Assembly (NCBI RefSeq): GCF_963921235.1
Contig: NC_086108.1
Location: 28,336,001-28,400,000, forward strand
Source: Mobula hypostoma
Lineage: Eukaryota
Reading direction: 5' to 3'
Length of the DNA stretch: 64,000 nucleotides
The notes beneath the pieces were generated by a model. That model was not told the origin of the DNA. It ran no database searches and worked only from the letters and a program-made list of their open reading frames with translations. Position numbers and translations under genes: made by a program. Of the stretch, positions 1 to 13,890 are shown piece after piece. How positions within the stretch are numbered: position 1 is the first letter of the stretch; every line of letters starts with the position of its first letter.

Positions 1-3000
1 CAAGACATCAGGAGTAAAAACTCACATGGCTCGAATATAAACCCGCGACACCGGGTGTAGAACACACTGAGCGAAGTATGGCCCCGGCTGTACTGGGTTT
101 AAAACTCACTTCAGCGGGTATGAAGTGGCAATCTACTCGGTGTTATCTCACTGGCTGAGCGTAGTCCCGCTTCTCAGCGGCGCTGTGAGATTTTTGTTGA
201 ACAGTACTTCACAAAACGAGGAGCCGCTTACCAGATCACTCATTGCATGGAACCTGCTTTTTCCGAAATTGCTCGGACAATGCGGAAGTTAAATAAAAGA
301 TCGCGTTCTTGTCCGGTCACTGGACTCACGTTCCGTCTGTTTAGCCATCTGATTCCTCTCGCACCCTAACCTTCTCATCAACATCAAGAGACCGAATCCC
401 GGACACCGCTGTCCCAATCTGCAATGCATAGCTGCTGGAAGTTGAGAGGAACAGTTATTTTATTAACGGGGGTCTAAAATTTACACTTTGCAAAGTACAC
501 CCATCTATTATAGTTCGGAATTCAGGGACATTTACAGATGATTTCGTGTGAAGAATGACATCCGTGATGTACTTTGTCAAATGAAGGTTTTATTAAGTGT
601 ATACAGTATCTTAAGAATGTTGCTATCAGTACTAGTTCTTCGGCGATTGTTCAAAATCTATCAGTTCTTGTAATGAAACAAAGGTTCAGATTAGGATTGA
701 GCTGCCGATATACTTGTTGATTAAATTATAATGCTCTCTGCTGCATACCACTCTGTTTTGCCTAATATGTAGAACAGTTCTCTGTAATACATTAATCCAC
801 ACTGTACAGATAAGTTATGACACGTGTCTTCATCTTTTTCATGCTAACAGTAAATAGGCTTCCAGAGAACTTCAGTAGTTACAACACATTCAGAGTGTCT
901 TGGAAAGAAGACAAATGTTGATATTTAAGTACAAGTCTTTTGTGTATGCAATATTATCGTCTATTTCATATCAGTCGGAACATCATTGCGCCCAATGTGA
1001 TACTTTACACTGATTTCCTTAATAGATTTATTTGGTACGTAAAATAATAATCCGTATTATAACACAGCAGATTCTGCCTATAATTTTCAGAACTTTTGAT
1101 GACAATACCCACTACTTCCTTTGATAAATTCTGCTCCTCCCCTTATGCTAAGTCAGTTCATTTTAGGATAAGTGTGCCTTCTATGTGGCTACGTCTGTAT
1201 ACAGTATATTCCGCCGTGTTTTTATATTTCTGTTATTATGTCAGATCTGCAAACAAATCAGGAGGTTTGCGATTAGGTTGGAAATAAATCAGATAAAAGA
1301 ACGTCCAGCTGTTGTATTTACTAAACAGCTGACCAATAGAGAGGATGTTCGTTCAGTCCATTCACGGAAATTTTGCTTGTTGAACTGGTTTTAATACAAA
1401 TCTTTGTGAGTGTAAACTCAAATAGCTATTTGAAGTTTAATTGTGTGAAAATCCATATGCCTGTTTTATCTCTTATGATGTGAGTGCGGGGATGTAAATT
1501 TCCATATTATTTACGTGCATTCTCTTTTCTCTCTACCCACGCCCCACCCCGTCAGCTTTTTCGACAACAGTTTTTTTTAAAATATATAACGCTTGGCACC
1601 TAAGAATCTATCTCAGAGCTCAAAGCAGTGTTGAAAGACAAATCGGGGCAGTAAACCACAGATGTGGGGAATAGTCATACATTTGCCAGTTAGACTTTGA
1701 GTGCAGGAAAAGAGGGAAAAGGGGGAAAGAGGTTTTTGAAGGGGACTTCTTCCTGGAAACTGTGACTGGAGTCCTGGTATCTGAAGGCTATAGGAATGGA
1801 GGAGCTGACAGAGATAGAAATTGAAATTGTTTGCTCTCTAACTCCTCCTTTCTGTGTTCTGTATGCCCAGCTCCTGCCCTATTCACTACATAGGTACTAT
1901 CCTGAGTGCGCCCGAGGCCTGATGCGTTGCCCTCTCGCACCAAGCTTTGTCCCTCCCCTTTATAATCTACTTATGTTGTTCCAGCTGTTCAAGAGAGCTC
2001 AGCGCAGCCTTCAGAAGCACAAATACACAACAGACTTAGCAGGGATCAGTGCAGGGAACACGCTCAGGCCGGCACTGATTTCCTCTCACGCTTTCAGATT
2101 GAATTGTTAGCCCGAAAGACGGAGGAGTGGTGCGGGTGTTTTTTTTTGATCGAACAATTTAGCCAAGTTCTATGAAAGGAACGTAGACGCAGCAGACCTT
2201 AATCAGTGCTGAAAAAGCATGAGTTTCCGATATAGATGGGGAGAGGTTGAAAGGGTGATACTGGAAATGTATTTTACATGGGAAGTGCAATAATTTGTCT
2301 AGCGTTATTGAAATTGAAGGTTTGACAGTAAATAGATGTGAGCATTCCATGGATAGTGGTCCTGAAGCGACTGCTTATTTTTCTGTTTTTGTGAATGTTT
2401 TAGCTGGACAGTGTTGTAGCCCTGCCGATAACCTCCGCCAGCCCAAACCCCTTTTCACCTTGCCCATTCCTGTATGAAGTGCACAGGCGCTGCTCCCTCT
2501 GTCTATTACGACAAGTCAATGTCTAAAAATACAGATAAAATCTCTGGCTATCTTTCTCATTAGTAGGTGTGAATCTTGGCTTCTCAATGCCGAAATTTAC
2601 TATTAAAATTAGGATTTATTTCAGGTATGAAATACAATACTTCTCCCGATATTTGAGGAGAGGCAGAGAAAATGACATGCACATGAAACTATATGGTGTA
2701 AAAGCATCAAAAATGGAAAACAATATATGGCTATTCTTATATTAATAAAATTATTAACAGTTACTGCACACTTTGTGAAAAAGAGCGTTCATTAATATAA
2801 CACATGCATATGGTTCGGCAACTCACGCGCAAATCATTCATTCACGTCTTGAATTTTGCATTTATGCAATCTGTATACATAATCTGGAGATTTTTCATAA
2901 ATATAAAACATTGTATGCAGACCTCGCAAATATACATCCCTTAATAGCTATTTTATGCAAATCATACATTTTTTACAATAGTTCGTGGACAAATCTATTA

Positions 3001-3139
3001 AATATCCATGAAATGTTTACTGATGTGTCTAGCTATAACATCTGTGCAGCCGGCCAAAACATATAACATAGACTCATAGATACCTCACGGGTTAGTCTGG
3101 TGAGCAGGTACCATCGCTGGGTATTGTCAGGCGTTGGCA

Positions 3140-3690
3140 CAGTACTCCGCAAAAGTCTTGGGCACTTATATCTAACAAGAGTGCCCAAGTCTTTCGCACA
3201 GTACGGCTGCCGCACAGTAACTATATGTATCGCACTGTACAGCTACCGCAAAATAAATGCACGCATTTCACGACATATGTGAGCGGTGATAAATCTGATT
3301 CTGATATGGGTCTCTATTGTGGATTGAGTGGGAAATGGGCTGGGAGAGTGGAATCATGGTTGGGAAAAGGGGAAGGGAAAGGGGAGGGAGCGGGAAGCTC
3401 CGAAGAGACATTCTGTAATGATCAATAAACCAATTGTTTGGAATCCAATTACCTCGCCTGGTATCTCAGGGCTGGGTCTGTCTGCACCCATGCCACACCA
3501 CGCCTCTGGCACTCGTTCTTTGCCATCTGTCCCACACCCCTCCCGGGGTGCTCCACCCTCGCCATTCCCAACACCCTTTGCTCCGGCCAGATGTACAAAC
3601 TCGCTCTCCACTCCGTGTTGCCAAGTACAGTATCGTGCAAAAGCCTTGGGCACCCCAGCTACATAAAAGTGCCTAAGATTTTTGTTTTGT
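3140..3690 (+). mobile_element. Composite non-autonomous repeat with Tc1-like mini-hairpins at both ends, copy 1
   Basis: CAGTAC..GCAAAAGTCTTGGGCAC/GTGCCCAAGTCTTTCGCACAGTAC hairpin at 3140-3206 and a second hairpin from 3628. The body is clearly homologous to 31936-32574. Confidence 0.75.
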
Positions 3691-4374
3691 GTTGTATTGT
3701 ACGTCGCCAGAGATGGACCCAGAGTATTTAAAGACATTTTGTTAGACTGTAAACTCATAGTTGTATATAAAAAACACAAAATCTGCTTTGAACAGAATTT
3801 GAGGCAAGAGTAGAGTATTCGGCTTCACAGGCCCGCTCCAGGGATTGGGATTACTAGAATTGTGTAGTATATTCAATATCATTCCTGTTGTTTTGTAACG
3901 TGTATCAAAGTCAATATAGAATTCCAGCATGTTGTATATTAGCATAGGGAAGTCACATGCTTGGCTGGTTTTCAAACCTTCCAACTATGAAACATGCCAA
4001 TTCATTCAGTTTTCCCTAATATAAATAAAGGAGCTGTGCAGATTGGTGGAACAGGACTAGTATATATATATAACTTACTACATAATCACTTTTATATCAT
4101 AACATAAGGATTGTGTAGTGAATTATAACCCGATACCTCACAGACAGCTAAGATATGCCATGTTTCTGTAATATATAAAGCACATTTAACAATGTTTAGT
4201 GCACAGTACCAAATACATGGCAAGTACAAATATGCAACATAACATTCTGTATATTCCAGATACAGCACCACAAACTTGTGGCACAGAATGTAAATATATG
4301 TGCCTCATACATGTAATAATACATATAATATTAATTACATATTATGTTATTTCCATATTAATATACAGTATATC

Positions 4375-4710
4375 ATCATCATTATGTGTTGTGTCATATG
4401 ACATAGACAATCATGGTGACCATAAATGTTCTTGACAAAATTTTTCTACAGAAGTGGTTTGCCATTGCCTCCTTCTGGGCAAAGTCTTCACAAGACGGGT
4501 GACCCAAGCCATTATCAATACTCCTCAGAAGTTGTCTGCCTGTTGTCAGTGGTCACATAACCAGGACTTGTGATATGCACCAGCAGCTCATACGACCATC
4601 CACCACATGCTCCCCTGAGACTGATCAGGGTGGCTAAGCAGGTGCTATACCTTGCCCAAGGGTGACCTGCAGGCTAGTGGAGAGAAGGAGTACCTTACAC
4701 CTCCTGTCTT
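4375..4710 (-). mobile_element. RTE/Bov-B-related short interspersed repeat
   Basis: The minus strand reads GGAGGCAATGGCAAACCACTTCTGTA, the motif shared by Bov-B/Bov-A/Sauria-type elements. Confidence 0.55.
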
Positions 4711-5384
4711 ACACCAGTATCTCCACCCTGACACCCTATACAGCAAATCCATGAATTATAAAGTTTTTCAAAAAAAAATAACATATCGCAAATCACCACA
4801 GGCAGTTAACATACAAAGTCTAATGTCTTTCCACTTGCTGAAGTGTGGACAGATCTCTTAATAAGAATATTCTGAGTCAGTATATAACTCAGAATATACA
4901 ATTCAGGTGCCACAGATATCTCAAATTTACTGTATAGTTTGCATTATAAATTTGTCTTTGCTTGAAGTACATTACAGTTGCTGAAAAGCAATGTGACTGT
5001 TCATATTTGGCCTATCGCGAGAAATCTGGACTGAAGAAATTGTGTTATTTCCGCCCCCAGCCCGCACATTATTGCCATTCACTACTGTAGTACAGTGTTA
5101 GCTAGTATAGTCCCCATGCTCTAATTATGCAGTGACAGACCTTCTGGCAATTAGGGTATTGCGGTTAATGGGTACAGTTCAAAATTTGTCCTTTTGAATG
5201 GTCTTGACCGCATTTCTCTAACTCACGTCCCAACTAAAATATCACTGCCCCACTTCATGTTCATTCAGGCAGAGAGTTAGATTTTGTCTGAGCTATGACA
5301 TCACAATGTCCTCCTTTATTGATGCAGTGCTTGAGGTTGGACTTAAACAGTAGGTGATTGACCATGGTTGTTAATCCATAATGA

Positions 5385-7160
5385 CAATGGCAGAAGCAAA
5401 CCAAATGGAAAAAAATGTAGGCAGTATAGTGTGGAATATCTGAAATATGGGTTTATACCAGCACCAAGCAACCAACAGCAGCCAATCCGTATGCTGTGTG
5501 AAAAAGTTTTTTTTTCAAATGAGGCAGCGAACCCTTTCAGACTTTGAACATTTGAATGGAATACACTCTGATAAAGCAAACAAGAATTTGGCTTATTTTC
5601 AGTCACTTTGTGAGAACTTTCAGAAACAGAAAACACTTCAAACATGTTTGCCAACACTTCACAAAACAATGATGACTTGCGTGTTCATACAACAACTCAT
5701 TGCTCATTGTTAAACCAATTTTGCCAACAGTAAGGGAGGTTAAATACGGTTTAGCATAAGTCACCAGACCAAACAATTAAAGTGATTCGGCTCAGCAACA
5801 GCTCTGTTCAAAGATGAATAGATGGAATGTCTGAGAATGTAGGAGACACACTGTGCAACATACTTAGGATAGCAGAATTTGCTCTGCCGTTGGATGAGTC
5901 AATTCTGCCAGGCAAAGAATCATTGCTTCTTATAAATGATAAAAGCATGCTTCAAGAGTTGATATTCACCAAGGGGTTGCAAACAGATATAAAGGTGGAG
6001 TGGAGTCAATATTCTGGGTTGCTGAGCAATTTTTCAAAGACAAGGATATTCCACTCACCAACATTCTTGCTTGTGCAACAGATGGGGCACCAACAATGAT
6101 AGGACATCACTGTAGGGTTATTACCTTCCTTAAAAAAGCTGCACCTAACATGTTTACCATTCACTGTATAATTCACAGACAACATATACTGTAGTCAAAA
6201 AAACCCTAAGTAATCGGGTGCATAAATCATTGAACGCTGTTATTACAGCAGTAAATATAATAAAATTCCAGACTATTTTGAGAGCTTTGTATTGAGAATG
6301 AAGAACAGTTTGAACGCTTGCTATTGCACACAGATGTCGGATGACTCTCAAAAGGAAACTGCCTGAGACACTTTGATGTGCTTTTTGAAACAATGATAAA
6401 ATTCTTTGAAGACTCAAGTGCTTCATTCAGTAATCAGCTCAAGAATATTAGGCATGATAGTGCTTGTTTGTCAGAATTATTTGCAAGGTTTAATGAAATC
6501 TATTTTCTATTGCAAGGAAACGATGTAGTAACACTGTCTCATTTGGCTGTATTCATGAGTATTCATGTATGATTAAATGACAATTAGACTTGAATTGAAT
6601 CTTATCAAAATCAAATCAGGTGTCTCCACATTTCAGTCTAAGTTAACACTATTTAGGGGCAACATTGGTCATCGTGACCTTTCCCAGTTTCTGAGCCACT
6701 CTGATTTGGAAGGCAAAGAAAGAATAACAGATGATGATCTTCAAGTACTGTATACTGTGCCCACCTGGCTAAGCTGCACACAGACATGTCAAAGAGAATT
6801 CAGAATCTTCTCTTGATCTAAATTCCAGGTTAGGTTATAAATCCATTCCTGAGCACTTGTACAAAGGAATTATCATGAAGGATGGAGGAAGATCTGATCT
6901 CACTACAAAATAACTTAGAGCTGAAGCCATGGTTCAAAAAATTGTATCAAGACTTTTGGTTGCAGAAAGAAATCTCTGAATGCTATTTTGCACTGTGGAA
7001 AAAAGGTCAGGATGTTCTTCATTGCTTTTCCAGTGTCATACTTAGTGGAATGAAGTTTCAGTTTTGTCAGCCAACCCCTTTCAAAGCAATGAAACAGACT
7101 ACAAATTACTGAACATGTGGATCTGAGACTCCTGAGTGACAATCAGGTTGATGTTGAAAC
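5385..7160 (+). mobile_element. hAT (Buster/Charlie/ZBED-like) transposase fossil, frameshifted
   Basis: Motifs across frames: RQYSVEYLKYGFIP and a BED-finger remnant, FALPLDES, CATDGAP, IHCIIHRQH, LLHTDV..LSKG, and a C-terminal dimerisation-like region (DFWLQKEI..LWK). Many stops and frameshifts; TIRs not identified. Confidence 0.85.
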
Positions 7161-7164
7161 AAAA

Positions 7165-8040
7165 TGAGGATCATAATCAGGTTTAATATTACTGGAATAT
7201 GTTGTGAAATTTGCTGTCTTTGTGACAGCAGTAGATATTAATAGAGAAAAAAGTCCATGAGTTACAGTAAGCATATATATTAAACAGTTAAATTAAACAT
7301 GTAGTGCAAAAATAAAAAAATTACTAAGTAGTGAGGTAGTGTTCATGGGTGCAATGTCCATTCAGAAACTGGATGGCAGAGGGGAAGAAGCTATTCCTGA
7401 ATCATTGAGTGGGTGCCTTCAGGCTCCTGTACCCCCTTCCTGATGGTAGCAATGAGAATAGGGCATGTACTGGGTGATGCCACCTTTTTGAAGCATCCCT
7501 CCTTGAAGTAGCCCTGGTTGCTATGGAAGCTAATGACCATGATGCAGCTGACTAAGGTCACAAGTCTCTGCAGCTTATTTTGGTCCTGTGCAGTAGCCAC
7601 TGCCCCCCCCCCGCCCCCCACATACCAGACAATGATGCAGCCAGTTAGAACGCTCTCTACGGTACCTCTGCAGAAATTTGCATATGGCTTTGGTGACTTA
7701 CAATGTCTCCTCAAACTCCTAATGAAATATAGCCACTGTTGTGCCTTCTTTGTAGCTGCATCGATATGCTGGGTCCAGGATAGATCTGTAGAGATGTTGT
7801 CACCCAAGAACTTGAAATTGCTCACACTTTCCTCTTCTGAACCCTCTGTGGGGACTAATGTGTGTCCCCTCGTCCTACCCTTTCTGAAGTCCACAGTTAG
7901 TTTGTTGCTCTTACTGACGTTGACTGCAAGGTTGTTGTTGTGACACGACTCAACCAGCTGATATATCTCGCTCCTGTACGCCCCCTCGTCACCATCTGAA
8001 ATTCTGCCAACAATAGTTCTGTCGTCAGCTAATTTATAGC
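7165..8040 (-). mobile_element. Rex1/Babar-type LINE, 5'-truncated
   Basis: ORF 7391-8149(-) contains KLADDRTIVGRISDGDEGAYRSEI..LAVNVSK..VDFRK..FKFLG..KKAQQWLYFIRSLR, which is typical of a Rex1-clade RT C-terminus. Confidence 0.8.
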
Positions 8041-9789
8041 ATGAACACATTGCTGCAGAAATGCATATGCAAATGCACACAGATATGCATATTGATACAG
8101 ATACACACAGGCCCATACCCAAGAAGATGATGTATTTGAACAAGTGCACACAGTCAGAGTAGAGATTTACACAAAACTATCAACACACGTAGATGGAAGC
8201 ACACGTGCATAAAAAATTAGCAACCATACTGTACGTGCGCATACAAACAAAAAAACACATTATAAGTTTTTACAGAGCATTACATGGAGAAGGCAAGAGA
8301 CGAACGCCGAACTAAAAACCAGACAATGTCATATATGTGCAAACACGTGTATTGGAAGAAAGCTTTCGATTCTGACTGCACCATTTATGCAATGGTATCA
8401 AGGCTTCTGTATTTAATAATGACTTTCTCAAATTTGACCTTGCTCTTTTCAAGTTGATTTGTGTCAGAGAGGCTCAACGCAGAAGTAAATGTAGAATCCC
8501 ATGTTGCTGTTTGGCATGAGGCTAGAATCATGGTTAAGAAATGTCACAACAATGATTTAAAAAGAGTTATTAACAGCCAAAGCTTTGACCAAGTGCAATC
8601 TAATCTCAATCGTGCATTTATATTATATTAAACAGAACATGCTGGGCAAAGGTTTTTTTTCCATCATAAATGAAGTAGGTGTTTCCCAAATGGAGACAGG
8701 TTACATAGGCTTTAATAGCTTGGCCATTATCAGCAGTCATAAAGTGAAGTGAAGAGTAGGGATCCACAGTGTAATTACAGCTACAGGAGCAACACTTAGG
8801 GTTAGCAAATTAAATGCTTCTGCTCCTTGACCCTGGTATTCATTCAGTCACTGCTATAGATCAATTTCAGCAAGAAGGCCCTTGTAGCACAGGCAGGAAT
8901 TTTATAGCAGCAATTTTATCGGAAAAAAAACTCTTAGCTAAGTCTGATAGCAGTTCCTCAATGGTGATGTGGCCATTTAGTGTCTGTTAGTTGCATTTGA
9001 CATTTGGATTGTTAATTCAACTTACACTGCTGCTTTTTGGTAGATTTCTGTAAATTGAAATGTGTCTTCCTGACTCCAGTGCTGTTAATTACAGAAAAGG
9101 GGAAACTTAATGCTTTGAACTGGGGAAGGCTGATTTCAAGAACAAATAAAAACCTGGCAAAAATAGGTTGGGCAAAAAATGCTTGCAGGTAAAACAGCAG
9201 CCAACAAGTAAGGTCTTTTAAAAGAGATTTAGTAATAGTTCAAGGCCAGCAATTTCTGGTACGGATGAAAGGTAAGCTGGCAAGACTAAGGAACTTTGGA
9301 TGACGAAAGACGTTGAAGGTGCAATCAGGATAATAATAGGAATCATACGACAGGTATGGACAATACGGCTTGAGGATGTTTCGAGGAATATGGAGTGTGT
9401 AGAAGAGAACTTAAGGATGAATATAAGATAAAAAGGAGCAAAGCAGTATACTTGACAAGTAAGATTAATCCCAAGACATTCTATAATTATTTTTGGACCA
9501 AGAGGGTAGCCGAAGAGAAAGAGGGTTGCATTCAGGACCAAAGGGGGGTCTGTGAAAGATGTGGAGAATAAGGTTTTCAGGGAAAGGTACGCAGATAATC
9601 TCGAGCAGATCTGTATAAAGAGGGAGGGGTCATTCAATGTCATGAAACACATAGGAATTGTTAAATTTTCTGGGCTGGATATATCCCAGAAGGCTACGGG
9701 GAAAAACAGAGGAGATGGAGACATTTGCATCTTCATTTGCAACTTGTGAGGTGGTAAAAGACTGGAGGATAACTAAATGATGCTTTATT

Positions 9790-10280
9790 AAAGTTCCACC
9801 CACCACTGAGTACATTTATATGGAGCACAGCCACAAGAAGTCAGCATCCATCATCAAAAACCCCCACCATCCAGGCTATGCTCTCTTGTAACTATCACCA
9901 TTGGGCAGGAGAGACAGAGGTTTTCGGTCACACACCACCAGGTTCAGAAACAGTTATTACTATTCAACCATCAGACTTCTGAACCAGTGTGGATAACCTC
10001 ACTGTCCACAACCCCTGAACTTATTCCACAACCTATAGACTCACTTTCAAAGACTCTTTTACCACTCATATTCTCAGTATTATTTTTATATGCATATTTT
10101 GTCTTCTTGTGGACATTGTTTGCTTGTCTATCTATGTTTATGTATCTTTTATTATGTAGATTCAATTGTATTACTTTAGTTTTCCTGTAAATGCCTGCAA
10201 GAAAATTAAATTCAATGTAGTATATGGTAACATTTATGCACTTTGATCATACATTTATTTTAACTTTTGATTTTGACTTT
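9790..10280 (+). mobile_element. Rex1-type LINE 3' end nested in the old CR1
   Basis: ASIIKNPHHPGYALL-like terminus plus 3' UTR ending in (TTTTGA)n, with a candidate TSD CTTTATT on both sides. Confidence 0.65.
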
Positions 10281-10354
10281 ATTTAAGAAGGGCAACAGGA
10301 ATAAGTCAAGTAACTACAAGTCAGTGAGTCTTATGTCGTGGCAGGGAATTTGTG

Positions 10355-12085
10355 GAAAAAAACTCAAGATACTGGAAAGGTAGTAATGGGAACAATGAAA
10401 TAGCAGACAAACTGAATAAGTATTTTGTATCACTCTTCACTGTGGAAGACACTAGCAGTATAGTGGAAGTTCCAGGAGTCAGCAGTCATGAAGTGTGTGA
10501 AGTAACCATAACTAGAGAAAAGGTTCCTGGGAAACTGAAAAGCCTGTAGTTAGATAAGTCACTTGGATCAGATAGTGTACACTGCAGAGTTCTGAAACAG
10601 GTGGCTGAAGAGAACGAAGAGGCATTAGCAATGACTTTTCAAGAATCACTAGAATCTGGAATGGTTCCGGAAGACTGGAAAATTGCAAATGTCACTCCAC
10701 TCTTCAAGAAGAGAGAGAGGCAGAAGAAAGGAAACTATAGGCCAGTTAGTCTGACCTCAGTGCTGGGGAGATGTTGGAGTCAATTATTAAGGCTTGATGA
10801 AATAGGCTGTACCCAGCAAAGTTACATCAAGAGAAAGTATTCCCAGGCAAATCTGTTCGGATTCTTTAAAGAAATAACAAGCAGGATACACAAAGGAGAA
10901 TCATTTGATGTTGTGTACTTGGATTTTCAGAAGGCCTTTGACAAGGTTCCACACTGGGGGCTGCTTAACAAGCTACAAGCTCATGGTATTACAGGAAAGA
11001 TTCCAGAAATGAAAAAGCAGTGGCTGATTTTCAGGAGGCAAAGAGTGGGAATAAAGGACACCTTTTCTGGTTGACTGCAAGTGATTAGTGATATTCCACA
11101 GGGGTCTGTGTTGGGACTGATTCTTTTTAGATTGTATGTTAATGATTTGCATGATAGAATTGATGGCATTATTGCAAAGTTTGGAGACAATATGAAGATA
11201 GTGGAGGGGCAGGTAGCTTTGAAGAAGTAGAGAGGCTACAGAAGGACAGACAGATTAGGAGAATGGGCAAAGAAATGACAGATGGAATACAGTGTCAGGA
11301 AGTGTACGGTCATGCACTTTGTTAGAGGAAATGAAAGGGTTGAATATTTTCTAAATGGAGAGAAAATATAATTAACTGAGGTGCAAAGGTGCTTTGGAGT
11401 CCTTGTGCAGGATTCCCTGAAGGTTAATTTGCAGGTTGAGCCTGTGATGAGGAAGGCAAATGCAATCTTAGCATTCATTTCAACAAGACTAGAATATTAA
11501 AGCAAGGATGTAATGTTGAGATTTCACACAGCACTGGTGAGGCCTCACTTGGAGTATTGTGACCAGTTTTGGCCCCCTTATCTTACAAAGAATGTGCTAA
11601 AATTGGAGAGGGTTCAAAGGAGGTTCACAAAATTGATTCTAGGAATGAATAGCTTATCATATGAAGAGCGTTTGATGGCTCTGCATCTATATTCACTGGA
11701 ATTCAGAAGAATGAGGGGTGACCTAATTAAAATCCATCAATGGTGAAAGGCCTTCACAGAGTGAATGTGGAGACGATGTTTCCTATGATGGGGGAGTCTA
11801 AGAACTGAGGACACAGCCTCAGAATAGAGGGATGTCCTTTTAGAACGGAGATGAGGGATTTCTTTTACCAGAGAGTGGTGAATGTGTGGAATTCTTTGCC
11901 ACAGGCAGCTGTGGAAGCCAAGTCTTTATGTATATATAAGGCAGAGGTTGATGGATACTTGATTGGTCAGGGCATGAAGGGATACAGTGAGAAGACAGGA
12001 GAATGGGGATAAGAGGAAAATTGGATCAGCCACGATGAAATGGCCAAATGGCCTAATTCTGCTCTTATATATTTATGGTCTTATG
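10355..12085 (+). mobile_element. CR1 LINE, 5'-truncated, decayed ORF2
   Basis: PEDWKIANVTPLFKK..GNYRPVSLTS, VVYLDFQKAFDKVPH, LVRPHLEYC, followed by a typical CR1 3' tail. Confidence 0.92.
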
Positions 12086-13169
12086 TATGGTTTGACTACA
12101 TTTGAAAAGACAAAGCCTGATCACAGACAGTTATCAGAGCAAATCCTGCCTCACTAACTTGACCTTTTTGAGGAGGTAACTGAGAAGGCTGATGAAGGCA
12201 AAGTGGCAGATGTTGTCGAAATGGATTTTAGTCAGGCATTTGAAAACATCTTGCATAGCAGACAAGTCCAGAAACTTAAGGCATATGGGAACCAAGGTGA
12301 GCTGGCTAATGGGATCCAAGATTGGACTGGTAATGTGTCTTGGTGTAATGATGCTTTTTTTTGATTGCAAGTCTATTACCAGTAGTATACCACAGGCATC
12401 TGTGTTTGCAAACTTGTGTTTATGATATATATTAAAATCTTGAATATGAATATAGGCAGTATGATTACTATGATTATAGATGGCATGAAAACTGGTGGTA
12501 GTGGATAGCAAAGAAGATTGACTAAGTCTACAATAGTTTATAGATCAAGTATAAAGTTGCGTGGCGAGTTAGCAAATGGAATTTGATACCAAGAAGTACA
12601 GCATCTCTTACTACAGTGACTGATCAATGAAATAGCAATTATGACACACAGTTGTACCAGATGTACACGGTCAAGCAGGTATTTGTACCTGAAGTGGTGC
12701 AGGCTCATATTGCGCATTTATACACTCAGGTGTTTTCAGAACAATATAAAATCTTTCTGTGAAATCAGCCTGTACTTTTAAAACAAAGCAATAAAAAAGA
12801 TCTTCAGGTTTGGCTTATATCAAGGATTGCAGCAATTTGCAGTGCAGTGAAGAAAAGATGATATGGAATTAGTGGGAAAGGTCATTACTAAGGGAATAAT
12901 TGAGTCATAAGGAAAATAAATAGTCAAATCAAGTCATTTTTCACAAATGATGAAATCATGCAAAGCTAAGGTACCATTCAGAAAGCATTCACAGGATCAC
13001 AAGTACAGAGTGGTTCGAAGGTGGAAGGAGACCACTCACTCTGGCATCTCGATGTTAGCTCTACGTAGGAACATTCCAACTTCACACCATTTCCCCACAG
13101 ATCCTAGAGAGGGAAGGACACCGAGGGGACTCAGAGAACATGAACAGTCACATAACAGTGCAGACCAAT

Positions 13170-13890
13170 GATTCAAGATTCAAGATTGTTTAAATCATTT
13201 CTTGTAAATAAATGTAAAGGAGAGAATGAAATAATTGTTACTCTGGATGCAGCACAAATCACAAAGGAGAGAGAACACAATAATAATAAAAAACACAATA
13301 AATCTAAATACATAAGATATCTAAATAGAGTACATAAGATGCCTCATATACATTGATTGTTTGTCAATAAACTGATGTGCAGGAGATAAAGTAGTAGTGG
13401 AGTTAGTGGGTGGAGATGTTGATCTGTCTTAACATTTTGGGAAAGTAACAGTTTTTGAGTCTGGTGGTTCTGGCATGGATGCTACACAACTTCCTCCCTG
13501 ACAGGAGTGGAGCAAACAGTCCATGAGCAGGGAGGATGGGATCCTTCATGATGTTACTGGCTCTTTTCTGGTGCCTTTCTGTATATATGTCCTTGATAGT
13601 GAATAGGCTGGTACCAGTTGGGCAGTTTTGATTACGCATTGTAAAGCCTTTCTGCCCACCACAGTGCAGTTTCCATACCAAACAGAGATACTACTTGTCA
13701 GAATGTTCTCTACTGAAGGATTATGGGGAGAAGGCAGGGGAATGGGGTTGGGAAGGATATGGATCAGCCATGATTGAACGGTGGAGCAGACTCGATGGGC
13801 TGAATGGCCTAATTCTGCTCCTATTTCTTATGATCTACTGTGCATCTGTAGAACGACATGTGTATGGATGTGCAAAGTCCAGTTCTCTTC
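13170..13890 (-). mobile_element. Rex1-type LINE 3' fragment
   Basis: Reverse-strand ORF RASNIMKDPILPAHGLFAPLLSGR..ARTTRLKNCYFP; (ATTCAAG)n tail at the left end. Confidence 0.75.
13716..13833 (+). mobile_element. Short CR1 3'-tail insertion with 7-bp TSD
   Basis: TCTACTG at 13709-13715 and 13834-13840 flanks a CR1 3' UTR (GATGGGCTGAATGGCCTAATTCTGCTCCTAT). Confidence 0.8.

Larger units (their letters stand above)
9080..12600 (+). mobile_element. Old CR1 LINE remnant hosting two nested insertions
   Basis: Degenerate CR1 ORF2 sequence at ~9080-9790, 10280-10350 and 12090-12600, collinear across the interruptions. Confidence 0.6.

Noticed and set aside
5385..7160. Domesticated ZBED/SCAND-type host gene
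   Set aside because: Multiple frameshifts and stop codons.
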